Source: a candidate division WWE3 bacterium
GTDB lineage: Bacteria > Patescibacteriota > WWE3 > UBA101185 > UBA10185
NCBI GenBank assembly: GCA_014729135.1
Contig: WJKK01000001.1
Coordinates: 535,590 to 599,589, forward strand
Direction of reading: 5' to 3'
DNA length: 64,000 nucleotides
Below the pieces are notes generated by a model. It was not told where the DNA came from. It worked only from the letters and a program-made list of their open reading frames with translations, and made no database searches. This document shows, piece by piece, positions 9,708-18,630 of this stretch (positions are counted from its first letter, which is position 1; every line of letters starts with the position of its first letter). The translations under genes were made by a program, and so were the position numbers.

Positions 9708-9772
9708 AACAAAATGTAATTAATCCTTTTTTCATTTTGTTAAGCCATTTGGGTTCGCGTTGCGAACACAAA

Positions 9773-9848
9773 TGGAGCGGGTGACGGGGCTTGAACCCGC
9801 GACCTTCTCCTTGGGAAGGAGACGCTCTACCAGCTGAGCCACACCCGC
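9773..9848 (-). tRNA. tRNA-Gly (anticodon CCC)
   Basis: Reverse complement gives GCGGGTGTGGCTCAGCTGGTAGAGCG...loop TTCCCAA...GGTTCAAGCCCCGTCACCCGCTCCA. Confidence 0.85.
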
Positions 9849-9989
9849 AAAATTAAAAGCAAAGGCATTATAAAACACCTCCTACAAACAACAAAACCCC
9901 GCATAAACGGGGTTCTGTTTTACGACATATTAACAAGCAAACAAATCCTTGGTAGCTAAGGACTCATCCACTTAAAAAATTTCATCAAA

Positions 9990-10541
9990 TTAAGCAGGAA
10001 TATTTAGCGTCTGTCCTGCATAAATAAGCGCTTGCTGCCCACTTGGTAAATAATCAACATTTGCACTATTTGCATCTCGGATTTTTGTCCACATAGATCC
10101 ATCACCATAAGCTGCCTCAGCAATTTCCCATAGAGTGTCCCCCGACTTCACAGTGTAGTCTCCCGTAGTCACATCTCCCTTGGAGTAGTCGTTAGCAGTC
10201 CATGCCGGTTCTGTTGAAGCTGCGTCATTGTTTCCTGTGGTTTCAATTGCAGTAGTATCTCCTGCTACAGCCTCTTCAGTTTTCTCGGCTACATCCGCTT
10301 TTTCACTCTCCTCCTTTTCCTCTTCAGTGCTTGTAGACAAAGTCTCCTTAAGCTCCTCCAGGCTCAACTTTCGCTCCTGTTTCTCGCCATCCTCCATAGT
10401 TTCAACGCCCTCTTTTGTGAAGTAGTTGTAGGTAGCAAAAACGAGTCCTAGAATGAAAATTCCTCCAATGATGAATGCAAGTGTATCTCCTTTATTCTCA
10501 GCTGCCTTTTCGGCATTAGTTTTTTCTGTATTATCTGTCAT
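9990..10541 (-). CDS. LysM-domain protein with N-terminal TM helix and an acidic linker
   Basis: C-terminal YTVKSGDTLWEIA...IYAGQTLNIP LysM signature, with an E/T-rich low-complexity linker. Confidence 0.7.
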   Translation of the reverse strand: MTDNTEKTNAEKAAENKGDTLAFIIGGIFILGLVFATYNYFTKEGVETMEDGEKQERKLSLEELKETLSTSTEEEKEESEKADVAEKTEEAVAGDTTAIETTGNNDAASTEPAWTANDYSKGDVTTGDYTVKSGDTLWEIAEAAYGDGSMWTKIRDANSANVDYLPSGQQALIYAGQTLNIPA

Positions 10542-10609
10542 TTATTTTTGATACACCCCCTTTAGAGTTAAGTTTTTATGTGGGCAGATTAGTTTGGAAA
10601 TTATATCCA

Positions 10610-10686
10610 TGGCGGGATCGACGGGACTCGAACCCGCGGCCTCTTCCGTGACAGGGAAGCGCTCTAACCATCTGAGCTACGACCCC
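10610..10686 (-). tRNA. tRNA-Asp (anticodon GUC)
   Basis: Reverse complement gives GGGGTCGTAGCTCAGATGGTTAGAGCG...loop CTGTCAC...GGTTCGAGTCCCGTCGATCCCGCCA. Confidence 0.85.
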
Positions 10687-10818
10687 TCAGATCTGATGTG
10701 GTTATGTTATTTGATTTTAGTAGGGAAGTCAACTGTTTCTATGGGATAAGTAGGGGAAGTTAGAGGGATTTTAGATGGAATTTAGCAAAAGCTGCTTCTG
10801 TACGCTATTATTAAGACA

Positions 10819-12576
10819 ATGACAGAAAGGATGACTAATCAGGAAATAGTAAAAGTCTTAAAGGAAGCAGAGGCTGCTATGGAGGTCAAAGGGGCTAATC
10901 GCTTTAGAATTCGTGCCTATCAAAATGCTATTAATGCAATAGAAACCTCCACTTTTTCAGTGTATGACCTTTGGAAATCCGGTCGAGTAAGCGAAATCCC
11001 CGGAGTGGGTGCCAGTTTAACTCAGCACATAAACGATTTATTGAAAGAAGGTTCTGTTAAAGAGTTTGAAAATTTGCGTAAAGACCTTCCTGATGGGATG
11101 TTTGAACTTATTGGAATTCAAGGGATAGGTGCTAAACGTGCCCACAAACTTGCTTCCGCTTTTGAACTGGATGATCGCGAAGCTGCTCTGGAAAAGGTGG
11201 CAGAAGCTGCCGAAAAAGGAAAAATTCAAGATATTCCGGGGTTTGGCGAGAAAACTCAGGCGCAGATTTTAGAGGCTATAACGGAGTTAAAAAAGACCAA
11301 AAATGAAAAACCTCGTTTGTTGTGGGCGCAAGCTGAAACCATTGCAGAGAGAGTCTATAAATATGCCAAAGAATTACCGGAGATTCAAAAAATAGAGGCG
11401 CTAGGTTCTTACAGACGTAAAAAAGAAACGGTAGGGGACCTGGACTTTGCTGTTGCTACAGAGGATCCCGAAAAAGTCATGCAGCATCTTTTGGATTTTC
11501 CGGAAATAGTAGAGGTTTTGGTTGAGGGTGACAAAAAGGCTAGCGTGGTTATAGGCAACGAGTTTCAGCTTGATTTTAGAGTAGTTTCCCCGGATCAGTA
11601 TGGCTCTATGGTGCAGTATTTTACGGGATCTAAGTATCATAATATTGTTTTGCGTTCTTTTGCTTTAGATAAAGGTTATTCTTTGTCGGAGTACGGTATA
11701 AAGGAGTCTAAGTCTAAAAAGTTGCATGAATTTGCAGAGGAAGCAGATTTTTATAAGTTTTTGGATTTGGACATAGTTCCACCGGAGATTCGCCAAGGCA
11801 AAAATGAAGTGGATTTGGCAGCTAATGGGAATTTGCCAAAACTCATTCAACTTTCGGATATTAAAGGTGATTTGCATATGCACACAAACTTTTCTGATGG
11901 TACCAATACTTTAGAGGAAATGGTTCAAGCTTGTCGTGACAAAGGCTATGACTATATGGGAATTGCTGATCATGCTCCAAGTGTGGAAAGTCGTGGTTAT
12001 GCTGCTGTGCAAAAGATAATTACATCTACTCGCGAAAATTTTAATGAAATTGACTCCAAATATAACGACATTAAAGTTTTATATGGTTATGAGGTGAATC
12101 TTCTTGCAGATGCTTCCATTTCCTTACCTGATGAATTTTTAGAGCAGCTGGATTTTGTAATTGTTGGCCTGCATACAGCTTTCTCACAGGATAGAAAGCA
12201 GCTAATGAAGCGCTATATGACAGCAATTGAGCATCCTCTGGTGGATATAATTGCACATCCGACGGCTCGTTTAATTAATGAGCGTGATGCAGTAGATGTT
12301 AATTGGATGGATTTGTTTGACGCGGTTAAGAAGCATGACAAGATTTTGGAGATTAATTCGTATCCGGATCGTTTGGATTTGCCTTTTGATCTGGTTTTTG
12401 AGGCGCGCGAACGTGGGATTAAGCTGATTATAAATACAGATGCGCATAGTACAGGTCATTTGGATCTTATGCGGTTTGGTGTTTCTGTTGCTCGCAGGGG
12501 ATGGTGTGAGGCTGCCGATGTTTTAAACACTCAGTCCAAAGATGCCTTTTTGAAAAACCTCCAAAAATTTGCTTAG
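10819..12576 (+). CDS. polX: DNA polymerase X family with C-terminal PHP phosphoesterase domain
   Basis: N-terminal Pol-beta-like helix-hairpin-helix region (GIGAKRAHKL) with GDLDF catalytic aspartates. C-terminal PHP motifs DLHMHTNFSDG and GIADHA. Confidence 0.8.
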   Translation: MTERMTNQEIVKVLKEAEAAMEVKGANRFRIRAYQNAINAIETSTFSVYDLWKSGRVSEIPGVGASLTQHINDLLKEGSVKEFENLRKDLPDGMFELIGIQGIGAKRAHKLASAFELDDREAALEKVAEAAEKGKIQDIPGFGEKTQAQILEAITELKKTKNEKPRLLWAQAETIAERVYKYAKELPEIQKIEALGSYRRKKETVGDLDFAVATEDPEKVMQHLLDFPEIVEVLVEGDKKASVVIGNEFQLDFRVVSPDQYGSMVQYFTGSKYHNIVLRSFALDKGYSLSEYGIKESKSKKLHEFAEEADFYKFLDLDIVPPEIRQGKNEVDLAANGNLPKLIQLSDIKGDLHMHTNFSDGTNTLEEMVQACRDKGYDYMGIADHAPSVESRGYAAVQKIITSTRENFNEIDSKYNDIKVLYGYEVNLLADASISLPDEFLEQLDFVIVGLHTAFSQDRKQLMKRYMTAIEHPLVDIIAHPTARLINERDAVDVNWMDLFDAVKKHDKILEINSYPDRLDLPFDLVFEARERGIKLIINTDAHSTGHLDLMRFGVSVARRGWCEAADVLNTQSKDAFLKNLQKFA

Positions 12577-12594
12577 ACTCATCTGTTGTATAAT
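12566..12594 (+). promoter_or_regulatory. Putative sigma70-type promoter with a TGTATAAT extended -10-like element upstream of lemA-htpX
   Basis: tgtTGTATAATt at 12586-12595. A weak -35-like ttgctt lies about 14-17 bp upstream. A strong RBS aggagg precedes the ATG at 12637. Confidence 0.3.
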
Positions 12595-12636
12595 TAACCC
12601 AAGTATTTAAATCCATTTACTCAAGAAGGAGGTAAC

Positions 12637-13188
12637 ATGCAACTATTTTTAATTCCATTAGGAATTCTAGCTTTAATAGCGCTGTATTTAATTGGCATTT
12701 ACAACAAGCTTGCAAAACTTAAGGTTCGTATTGATGAAGCCTGGAGTCAAATTGACGTTCAGCTAAAGCGTCGTGCAGATCTTATTCCAAATCTTGTGGA
12801 AACCGTTAAAGGTTATGCTTCTCATGAAAAAGGGGTATTTCAGCAAGTAACGGAGGCGCGCTCAGCATTAATGAGTGCTTCTAATGTAAAAGAGGCAGGT
12901 CAAGCAGATCAACAGCTTCAAACTGCTCTAAAGTCACTCTTTGCTGTTGCTGAAGCTTATCCTGAGTTAAAAGCTCAAGAAGGCTTTACTAACTTACAGC
13001 GAGAACTTTCGGATACTGAAGATAAAGTTGCTTATTCCCGTCAGTTTTACAATGCTGTAGTTCGCGACTTTAATACCATGCTTGCAACTTTCCCTACAAA
13101 TGTAGTTGGAAATATGCTTGGCTATTCTCAAAGGGAGTTTTTTGAGGCTTCAGAAGAAGAGCGTAAAAACGTGGAAGTAGATTTTTAA
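12637..13188 (+). CDS. lemA: LemA family protein
   Basis: N-terminal TM helix plus the conserved LemA core (EAWSQIDVQLKRRADLIPNLV...), paired with the downstream HtpX as is common. Confidence 0.75.
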   Translation: MQLFLIPLGILALIALYLIGIYNKLAKLKVRIDEAWSQIDVQLKRRADLIPNLVETVKGYASHEKGVFQQVTEARSALMSASNVKEAGQADQQLQTALKSLFAVAEAYPELKAQEGFTNLQRELSDTEDKVAYSRQFYNAVVRDFNTMLATFPTNVVGNMLGYSQREFFEASEEERKNVEVDF

Positions 13189-13230
13189 AAGTCTGCTTTA
13201 GTAAAGCAAATAAGTTAAAAGCTGCGTTTT

Positions 13231-14133
13231 ATGGCAACCCCTTATACACATATAGCTCAAAATAAACGGCAAACTGCTCTTGTAGTTGTTGCTTTTGTAC
13301 TGGTAATTTCAGCATTGGGCTTTTTCTTTGATCTTTACTTTGGCAGCGAAGGTTTTGTTTACACCGGTGTTGCTTTGATTTTTGCCGGGATTTCCAGCTT
13401 TATTAGCTATTACAACTCCGACAAAATTGTGCTTGCTATTTCCGGCGCCCGTAAAGTCACTCCCAATGAAAATGAGGCCCTTCATGACCTTGTAGAAAAT
13501 ATGGCAATTGCTTCCGGACTTCCCAAGCCTGAAATTTACATGATCGAAGATACTGCTATGAATGCTTTTGCTACGGGACGCGATCCTGATCATTCGGTTA
13601 TATGCTTTACTTCAGGAATTGTGGCTGCCTTAGATAAGCGCGAATTAGAAGGTGTTATAGCTCATGAAATGTCGCATATTGGTAATCGGGATATTTTGCT
13701 GATGTCTGTTGTGAGTGTTTTGGTGGGTTCTATTACGCTTTTGGCGGATTGGTTTACAAGGGGGCGTTCATATCGCTCCCGTCGTCGAAGTAAAAGTTCT
13801 TCAATGCCTCCTGTGGTAATGGCTTTGGGGCTGGTTTTAGTGCTTTTAAGTCCGGTTATTGCGCAGTTGATTAAGTTGGCGCTTGGTAGAAAGCGGGAGT
13901 TTTTAGCAGATTCTACTGCAGTAATGCTTACACGTTACCCCCAAGGATTAGCCAATGCTCTTAGGAAGCTTTCTTCTGATCGGGAGATTTTGGAGGCAGC
14001 AAATGGGGCTACAGCGCATCTTTATATTACGAGTCCTTTACAGGGGAGGGGTTCTCCAACTACTTGGTTTTCTAAACTTTTTAGCACTCATCCTCCTGTG
14101 GAAGAGCGAATTGTTCGTTTAGAGTCGATGTAA
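13231..14133 (+). CDS. htpX: HtpX-like M48 zinc metalloprotease
   Basis: HEMSHIGNRD (HExxH) zinc site and TM helices flanking it, as in HtpX. Confidence 0.8.
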   Translation: MATPYTHIAQNKRQTALVVVAFVLVISALGFFFDLYFGSEGFVYTGVALIFAGISSFISYYNSDKIVLAISGARKVTPNENEALHDLVENMAIASGLPKPEIYMIEDTAMNAFATGRDPDHSVICFTSGIVAALDKRELEGVIAHEMSHIGNRDILLMSVVSVLVGSITLLADWFTRGRSYRSRRRSKSSSMPPVVMALGLVLVLLSPVIAQLIKLALGRKREFLADSTAVMLTRYPQGLANALRKLSSDREILEAANGATAHLYITSPLQGRGSPTTWFSKLFSTHPPVEERIVRLESM

Positions 14134-14238
14134 TTTTTGGTTGACTTTTGGATTCGTCATGGTTTTTTAGAACTTTCTGCGGCCTTTAGGTAAGCCAAAT
14201 TAAAATCAACTTCCTTTTATTACAAGCACTAATAAGTA

Positions 14239-14267
14239 TTGACTTATTTAACGGATGTTGGTAAATT
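14239..14267 (+). promoter_or_regulatory. Putative promoter (TTGACT -35, 17-bp spacer, TAAATT -10) for the 14274 gene
   Basis: ttgact at 14239-14244 and taaatt at 14262-14267, read by eye. Confidence 0.3.
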
Positions 14268-14273
14268 TATATT

Positions 14274-14816
14274 ATGAAAAAATCACCCACAACAAAAACC
14301 GAAAAGGAAAGCTTGACTCAAAAGATGGATGCTCTTTTGGATTTAGCCAAGAGTAATGCAGAAAAATTAGATACTCAGAATAGAAAGTTAGATACTTTGG
14401 AGAACAAAGTAAGCAGTCTAAACTCAGTGGTCCCAAAGTTAGTGGAAAAAGTTAGTGATCTAGAGATTGCGGTGGGGAGGTTGGAGACTCGTGTGGGTAT
14501 TTTAGAAGATACCATAGGCAATTTAGAAAATAGACTGGATAGTTTAGAAAGTAAGGTTGATACCTTGGATAAGACGGTTTCAGAGTTACGTAAGGATATG
14601 AAGTCGGAATTCAGTCAAATGAGCGAACGTCTAAATACAATGGATAAACGCATGTCCCGTAGTGAAGGCCGTATTCTTAAAGTAGAAGATGCCGCCAATT
14701 TGCACGGTAGAAAGTTGGATTGGGTTTTTAGTGGTGAGAATGAATATGTTACAGAGAAGCGCCTGAAAGTTTTTGCACAAACTAACGAACTTTCTTACCT
14801 TTCTCCAAAATCATAG
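14274..14816 (+). CDS. Hypothetical coiled-coil protein
   Basis: Periodic L/V heptad-like repeats with recurring LDT/LEN/LES units. No enzymatic motif. Confidence 0.3.
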   Translation: MKKSPTTKTEKESLTQKMDALLDLAKSNAEKLDTQNRKLDTLENKVSSLNSVVPKLVEKVSDLEIAVGRLETRVGILEDTIGNLENRLDSLESKVDTLDKTVSELRKDMKSEFSQMSERLNTMDKRMSRSEGRILKVEDAANLHGRKLDWVFSGENEYVTEKRLKVFAQTNELSYLSPKS

Positions 14817-14906
14817 GTGTTACTTCTCTAGTATTTTTGTGACGTGTTGACCTATCTTTGTAATTTTTCTTTTAACCACCTCCATAGTTTGCTATGATAG
14901 GCCAGT

Positions 14907-15203
14907 ATGGATCGTAAGATTAGTTTAGAAGCCACACAACACATTGCCGAACTTGTTAACCTAACGCTAACTCAAGAAGAGCTGGAAAAGTTGTCGATTA
15001 TGCTTTCAGATACGCTTGATTACGTAGAGGTTTTAGAGGAACTGGATACAGCAAAAACTCCTCCAACTTTTCAGGTAACCGGTTTAGAGAACGTTTTTCA
15101 GACAGAAAAAAATCACATCTGTTTTACACAGGATGCAGCTTTAGCAAACGCAAAAGAAACAAAGGATGGCAAGTTTGTGACGGAGGCGGTTTTTGATCGC
15201 TAG
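14907..15203 (+). CDS. gatC: Asp/Glu-tRNA amidotransferase subunit C
   Basis: About 98 aa, GatC-like sequence, lying immediately upstream of gatA. Confidence 0.7.
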   Translation: MDRKISLEATQHIAELVNLTLTQEELEKLSIMLSDTLDYVEVLEELDTAKTPPTFQVTGLENVFQTEKNHICFTQDAALANAKETKDGKFVTEAVFDR

Positions 15204-15236
15204 ACTTTTGCTCTAGCTTATTCAAGGGAAACTTTC

Positions 15237-16664
15237 ATGTCGGACTTAAACAAACTAACAATTACACAGGCTTTAAGTGGGCTAAAAAACAAGGAGTTTA
15301 CAAGCGAGGAGCTTACACGTGCTTGCTTAGATGTTATAGAAGATAAAGATCTTACAATTAAGGCGTTTATTACTGTCTTACATGACTCTGCTTTGGAGCA
15401 GGCAAAACAGGCTGATAAGCTAATTTCTTCTAGAGAAGTTGAGGTTTTTAATGACAAGCCTCTATTAGGAATTCCCTATGCAGCGAAGGACAACTTTTGC
15501 ACAAAAGGCATTGAAACAACGGCAGGATCTCAAGTTTTAAAGGATTTTGTGCCTCCTTATGAGTCCACAGTTACGCAACGTTTGAAGGATGCAGGAGCTG
15601 TGCTTTTGGGTAAGACGAATATGGATGCTTTTGCGCATGGATCCTCAACAGAAGAATCCGACTTTTTTACTACCAAAAATCCTTGGGATTACGCCAGAGT
15701 TCCGGGAGGTTCCTCCGGTGGTTCAGCAGCAGCAGTAATTGCAGACATGTGCATTTTTGCCATTGGAAGCGAAACAGGAGGAAGCATTAGAGGACCTGCT
15801 TCTTGGTGTGGTACTACGGGGTTAAAGCCTACTTACGGTCGTGTCAGCAGATATGGTGTTATTGCTATGGCCTCTTCAACGGATTCCCCCGGCCCTTTAA
15901 CCAAAACAGCAACAGATGCAGCTCATGTTCTTAAGGTTTTAGCCGGGAAAGATCCTTTGGATGCAACTACTTCTCCGGTGAATGGCGAAAATTATCCGGA
16001 AAATTTAATTAACGTTAGTTTAAAAGGTCTTAAAGTAGGTAAGCCAAGGTCTTATTTTGAAATAGATTTGCAAGAGGGTGTGGCAGAAAAAGTGAATGGA
16101 TTTCTTAAGTTTTTGGAAAATGAAGGGGCAGAAATAATCAATGTAGATCTTTTGGATCCTAAATATTCTATTGCCGTTTATACATTGTTGCAGCGCTCTG
16201 AAGTTTCCTCTAACTTGGCTCGATTTGATGGTATTCGCTATGGTAATGATCGGGACTCCTTTGGATTTGAGGCTCGAAAGCGAATGATGCTTGGGGCGTA
16301 TGCTTTAAGCGCAGGTTACTATGATGAGTATTATGCAAAGGCTCAGAAAGTTCGTACTTTGCTTGTGGAAGATTTTGATAGGGTGTTTAACCGAGTGGAT
16401 ATCCTTGTTGGTCCAACCATGCCTTGCGTTGCCATGCGGATGGGTGAAAGTGCTGAAAATCCCATGTTTGGTGAGATGATGGACAAGTTAACGGAACCAA
16501 GTACTATTGCCGGTTTAACAGGCGTTACAGTTCCCGTTGGATTTGCTGAAGATTTACCTGTAGGTGCTCAAATTATGGGGAATCGCTTTAGGGAATCTTT
16601 AGTTTTAGGTATTGCAAACGCCTATCAAAAAGCAACTAACTTTCACGAAAGGAGGCCCGAATGA
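15237..16664 (+). CDS. gatA: Asp/Glu-tRNA amidotransferase subunit A (amidase signature enzyme)
   Basis: Amidase signature region GGSSGGSAAAVIADMCIFAIGSETGGSIRGPAS with a catalytic Ser-cisSer-Lys arrangement. Confidence 0.85.
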   Translation: MSDLNKLTITQALSGLKNKEFTSEELTRACLDVIEDKDLTIKAFITVLHDSALEQAKQADKLISSREVEVFNDKPLLGIPYAAKDNFCTKGIETTAGSQVLKDFVPPYESTVTQRLKDAGAVLLGKTNMDAFAHGSSTEESDFFTTKNPWDYARVPGGSSGGSAAAVIADMCIFAIGSETGGSIRGPASWCGTTGLKPTYGRVSRYGVIAMASSTDSPGPLTKTATDAAHVLKVLAGKDPLDATTSPVNGENYPENLINVSLKGLKVGKPRSYFEIDLQEGVAEKVNGFLKFLENEGAEIINVDLLDPKYSIAVYTLLQRSEVSSNLARFDGIRYGNDRDSFGFEARKRMMLGAYALSAGYYDEYYAKAQKVRTLLVEDFDRVFNRVDILVGPTMPCVAMRMGESAENPMFGEMMDKLTEPSTIAGLTGVTVPVGFAEDLPVGAQIMGNRFRESLVLGIANAYQKATNFHERRPE

Positions 16665-17065
16665 GTCTAATTGGTGATATACTCCGCTTTTTAGTAGGCA
16701 ATGCTCGGTCCAAAAAGACTCGAGTAACCCCTAAAACAATGCAAGGAATAAAGGATAAGTGGGCTTCCCAAGTTACTCCGGCGTTAAAAGCACGAAAACC
16801 AAGTCAACTAAGGCAGGCGCTAATTACCTCCGATAAACTGCTTGATGCTGCTTTAAAAGACGTGGTCTCAGGGGAAAATATGGGTCAAAGATTAAAAAAC
16901 GCTAAAGATCTTTTTGACTGGAGTGTTTATGACAAGCTTTGGAAGGCGCATAAAGTTAGAAATGCTTTGGTGCATGATTTGGAATATGAACCTACTTATT
17001 TTGTTTTAGAAAAGGCCATTGCAGATTTTGAGATGGGCTTAAAAGAATTAGGAGTAAGTTTATGA
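16661..17065 (+). CDS. Hypothetical protein with a HEPN-like Rx4H motif, inserted between gatA and gatB
   Basis: 134 aa. The C-terminal KVRNALVHDLEY fits the HEPN R-x4-H(-x3-Y) signature. It overlaps the gatA stop and the gatB start by 4 nt each (ATGA junctions). Confidence 0.35.
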   Translation: MSLIGDILRFLVGNARSKKTRVTPKTMQGIKDKWASQVTPALKARKPSQLRQALITSDKLLDAALKDVVSGENMGQRLKNAKDLFDWSVYDKLWKAHKVRNALVHDLEYEPTYFVLEKAIADFEMGLKELGVSL

Positions 17066-18420
17066 GTGCTTATAAGGATCTAACAGAACAGAAATTATCC
17101 CTTGAGAAAGAGCTTTTGGGCCCCTATCGTCTAGTTGTGGGGCTTGAAATTCACATGCATGTTAAAACTGATCACGGTATGTTTTGTGCCTGTTCTACAG
17201 AGGGAGTTTATGATGCTCCTTCAAATACGCATACCTGTCCTGTTTGTTTAGGCCTTCCGGGGGCGCTTCCGGTTCCAAATGAGGACGCCATTAAACAAAC
17301 GCATCGACTAGGGATAGCCTTTCATTGCGAATTAAACAAGGAATCCCGCTTTGATCGAAAGCACTATTTTTATCCGGATCTTCCCAAAGGTTATCAGATA
17401 AGTCAGTATCTAAAACCTCTTTGTGGTGAGGGTTACTTGGATTTGCCGACAGGATCTCGTGTTGAGCTTGAGCGAATCCACTTGGAGGAGGATACGGCTA
17501 AGTCCTTCCATGAAGGGGGTAAGACTTTGATTGATTTCAATAAGTCGGGTATGCCTTTAATTGAAATGGTTACAAAGCCCTCAATCCACTCTGCTTGGGA
17601 GGCGGCGGAGTTTGGGCGTCAGGTTCGGGAGATTGTTCGTTATTTAGGCGTTAGTGATGCCGATATGGAAAAGGGTCAGATGCGAGTGGAGCCTAATATT
17701 TCTTTGCAGACTGCGGAGATGGCTAAAAACGGTAAGTTGCCCGACTATAAAGTCGAGATTAAAAACATTAACTCGTTTAAGTTTATGGAGAAGGCTATTC
17801 TTTATGAGATTAAGCGGCAGCGTGAGATTTTGGAGTCAGGTGAGGTTCCTTTGCAGGAGAATCGCGGTTATGATGAAGCTTCGGGTGAAACGGTTCCGCA
17901 GCGTAGTAAAGAGGAAGCCCATGATTATCGCTATTTCCCGGAGCCGGATATCCCTCCTATGAGTTTTGATGGTGCCTACTTTGAGGATTTGAAAAAGACT
18001 GTTAAGCGTTTGCCGGAAGAGACAAAGAAGGAGTTGATTGAGGAGAAAGGTTTGTCTCGTCAGGAGGCGGATGTTTTAGTTTCAGAGGATTTGGTTGATT
18101 TGCTTTATGGTGTAGTTGATTTGGGAGTGGTTTTTGATGAGGCGGTTAATTTGTTGGTGAATCGCCCGGAGTATCGTGAGTTTTCTGCAGAGGAGTTTGC
18201 AGCTAAGATTAAGGAGCAGTCGAATAAGATAGAGGATATGGCCGCATTGGAGACGGTTGTTGGCGAGGTTTTGGCGGAGAATCCTCAGGTTGTAGCTGAG
18301 ATTGAATCCGGTAAGGATAGTGCTAAGGAATATCTATTGGGCCAGGTTATGAGGAAGACTAAAGGTAAAGCCGATCCTGTAATAGTTCGCCGGCTTTTGA
18401 CTACTAGATTTCAAGGATAA
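17062..18420 (+). CDS. gatB: Asp/Glu-tRNA amidotransferase subunit B
   Basis: N-terminal GLEIHMHVKT and the PxxCxxCLGxPGALP motif of the GatB/GatE family. Confidence 0.85.
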   Translation: MSAYKDLTEQKLSLEKELLGPYRLVVGLEIHMHVKTDHGMFCACSTEGVYDAPSNTHTCPVCLGLPGALPVPNEDAIKQTHRLGIAFHCELNKESRFDRKHYFYPDLPKGYQISQYLKPLCGEGYLDLPTGSRVELERIHLEEDTAKSFHEGGKTLIDFNKSGMPLIEMVTKPSIHSAWEAAEFGRQVREIVRYLGVSDADMEKGQMRVEPNISLQTAEMAKNGKLPDYKVEIKNINSFKFMEKAILYEIKRQREILESGEVPLQENRGYDEASGETVPQRSKEEAHDYRYFPEPDIPPMSFDGAYFEDLKKTVKRLPEETKKELIEEKGLSRQEADVLVSEDLVDLLYGVVDLGVVFDEAVNLLVNRPEYREFSAEEFAAKIKEQSNKIEDMAALETVVGEVLAENPQVVAEIESGKDSAKEYLLGQVMRKTKGKADPVIVRRLLTTRFQG

Positions 18421-18552
18421 TCCTTTCCAAGAACCCCAGCATCGTTATACCCATAGGATGTATGCGTCTCCTAAACAAGGATAATCCTTAATTTCACACG
18501 TGTATTTGCTTTATCTGAAGTTGGTAGAAGTTTCTATGCAAGGATCATCCTT
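18413..18552. promoter_or_regulatory. Three phased perfect 13-bp palindromes AAGGAT(A/C)ATCCTT at 18413-18425, 18477-18489 and 18540-18552, upstream of polA
   Basis: Exact inverted repeats with centre-to-centre spacing of 64 and 63 bp (about 6 helical turns). The first overlaps the gatB stop codon. The last lies about 80 bp upstream of the polA ATG. Confidence 0.45.
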
Positions 18553-18630
18553 AAAAGATCAGCGAAGATTGCTGAAATTTGATGAAAAATTACTCTTGAG
18601 GAACCTTGCCAAAAAACATAAGATAGAAAC

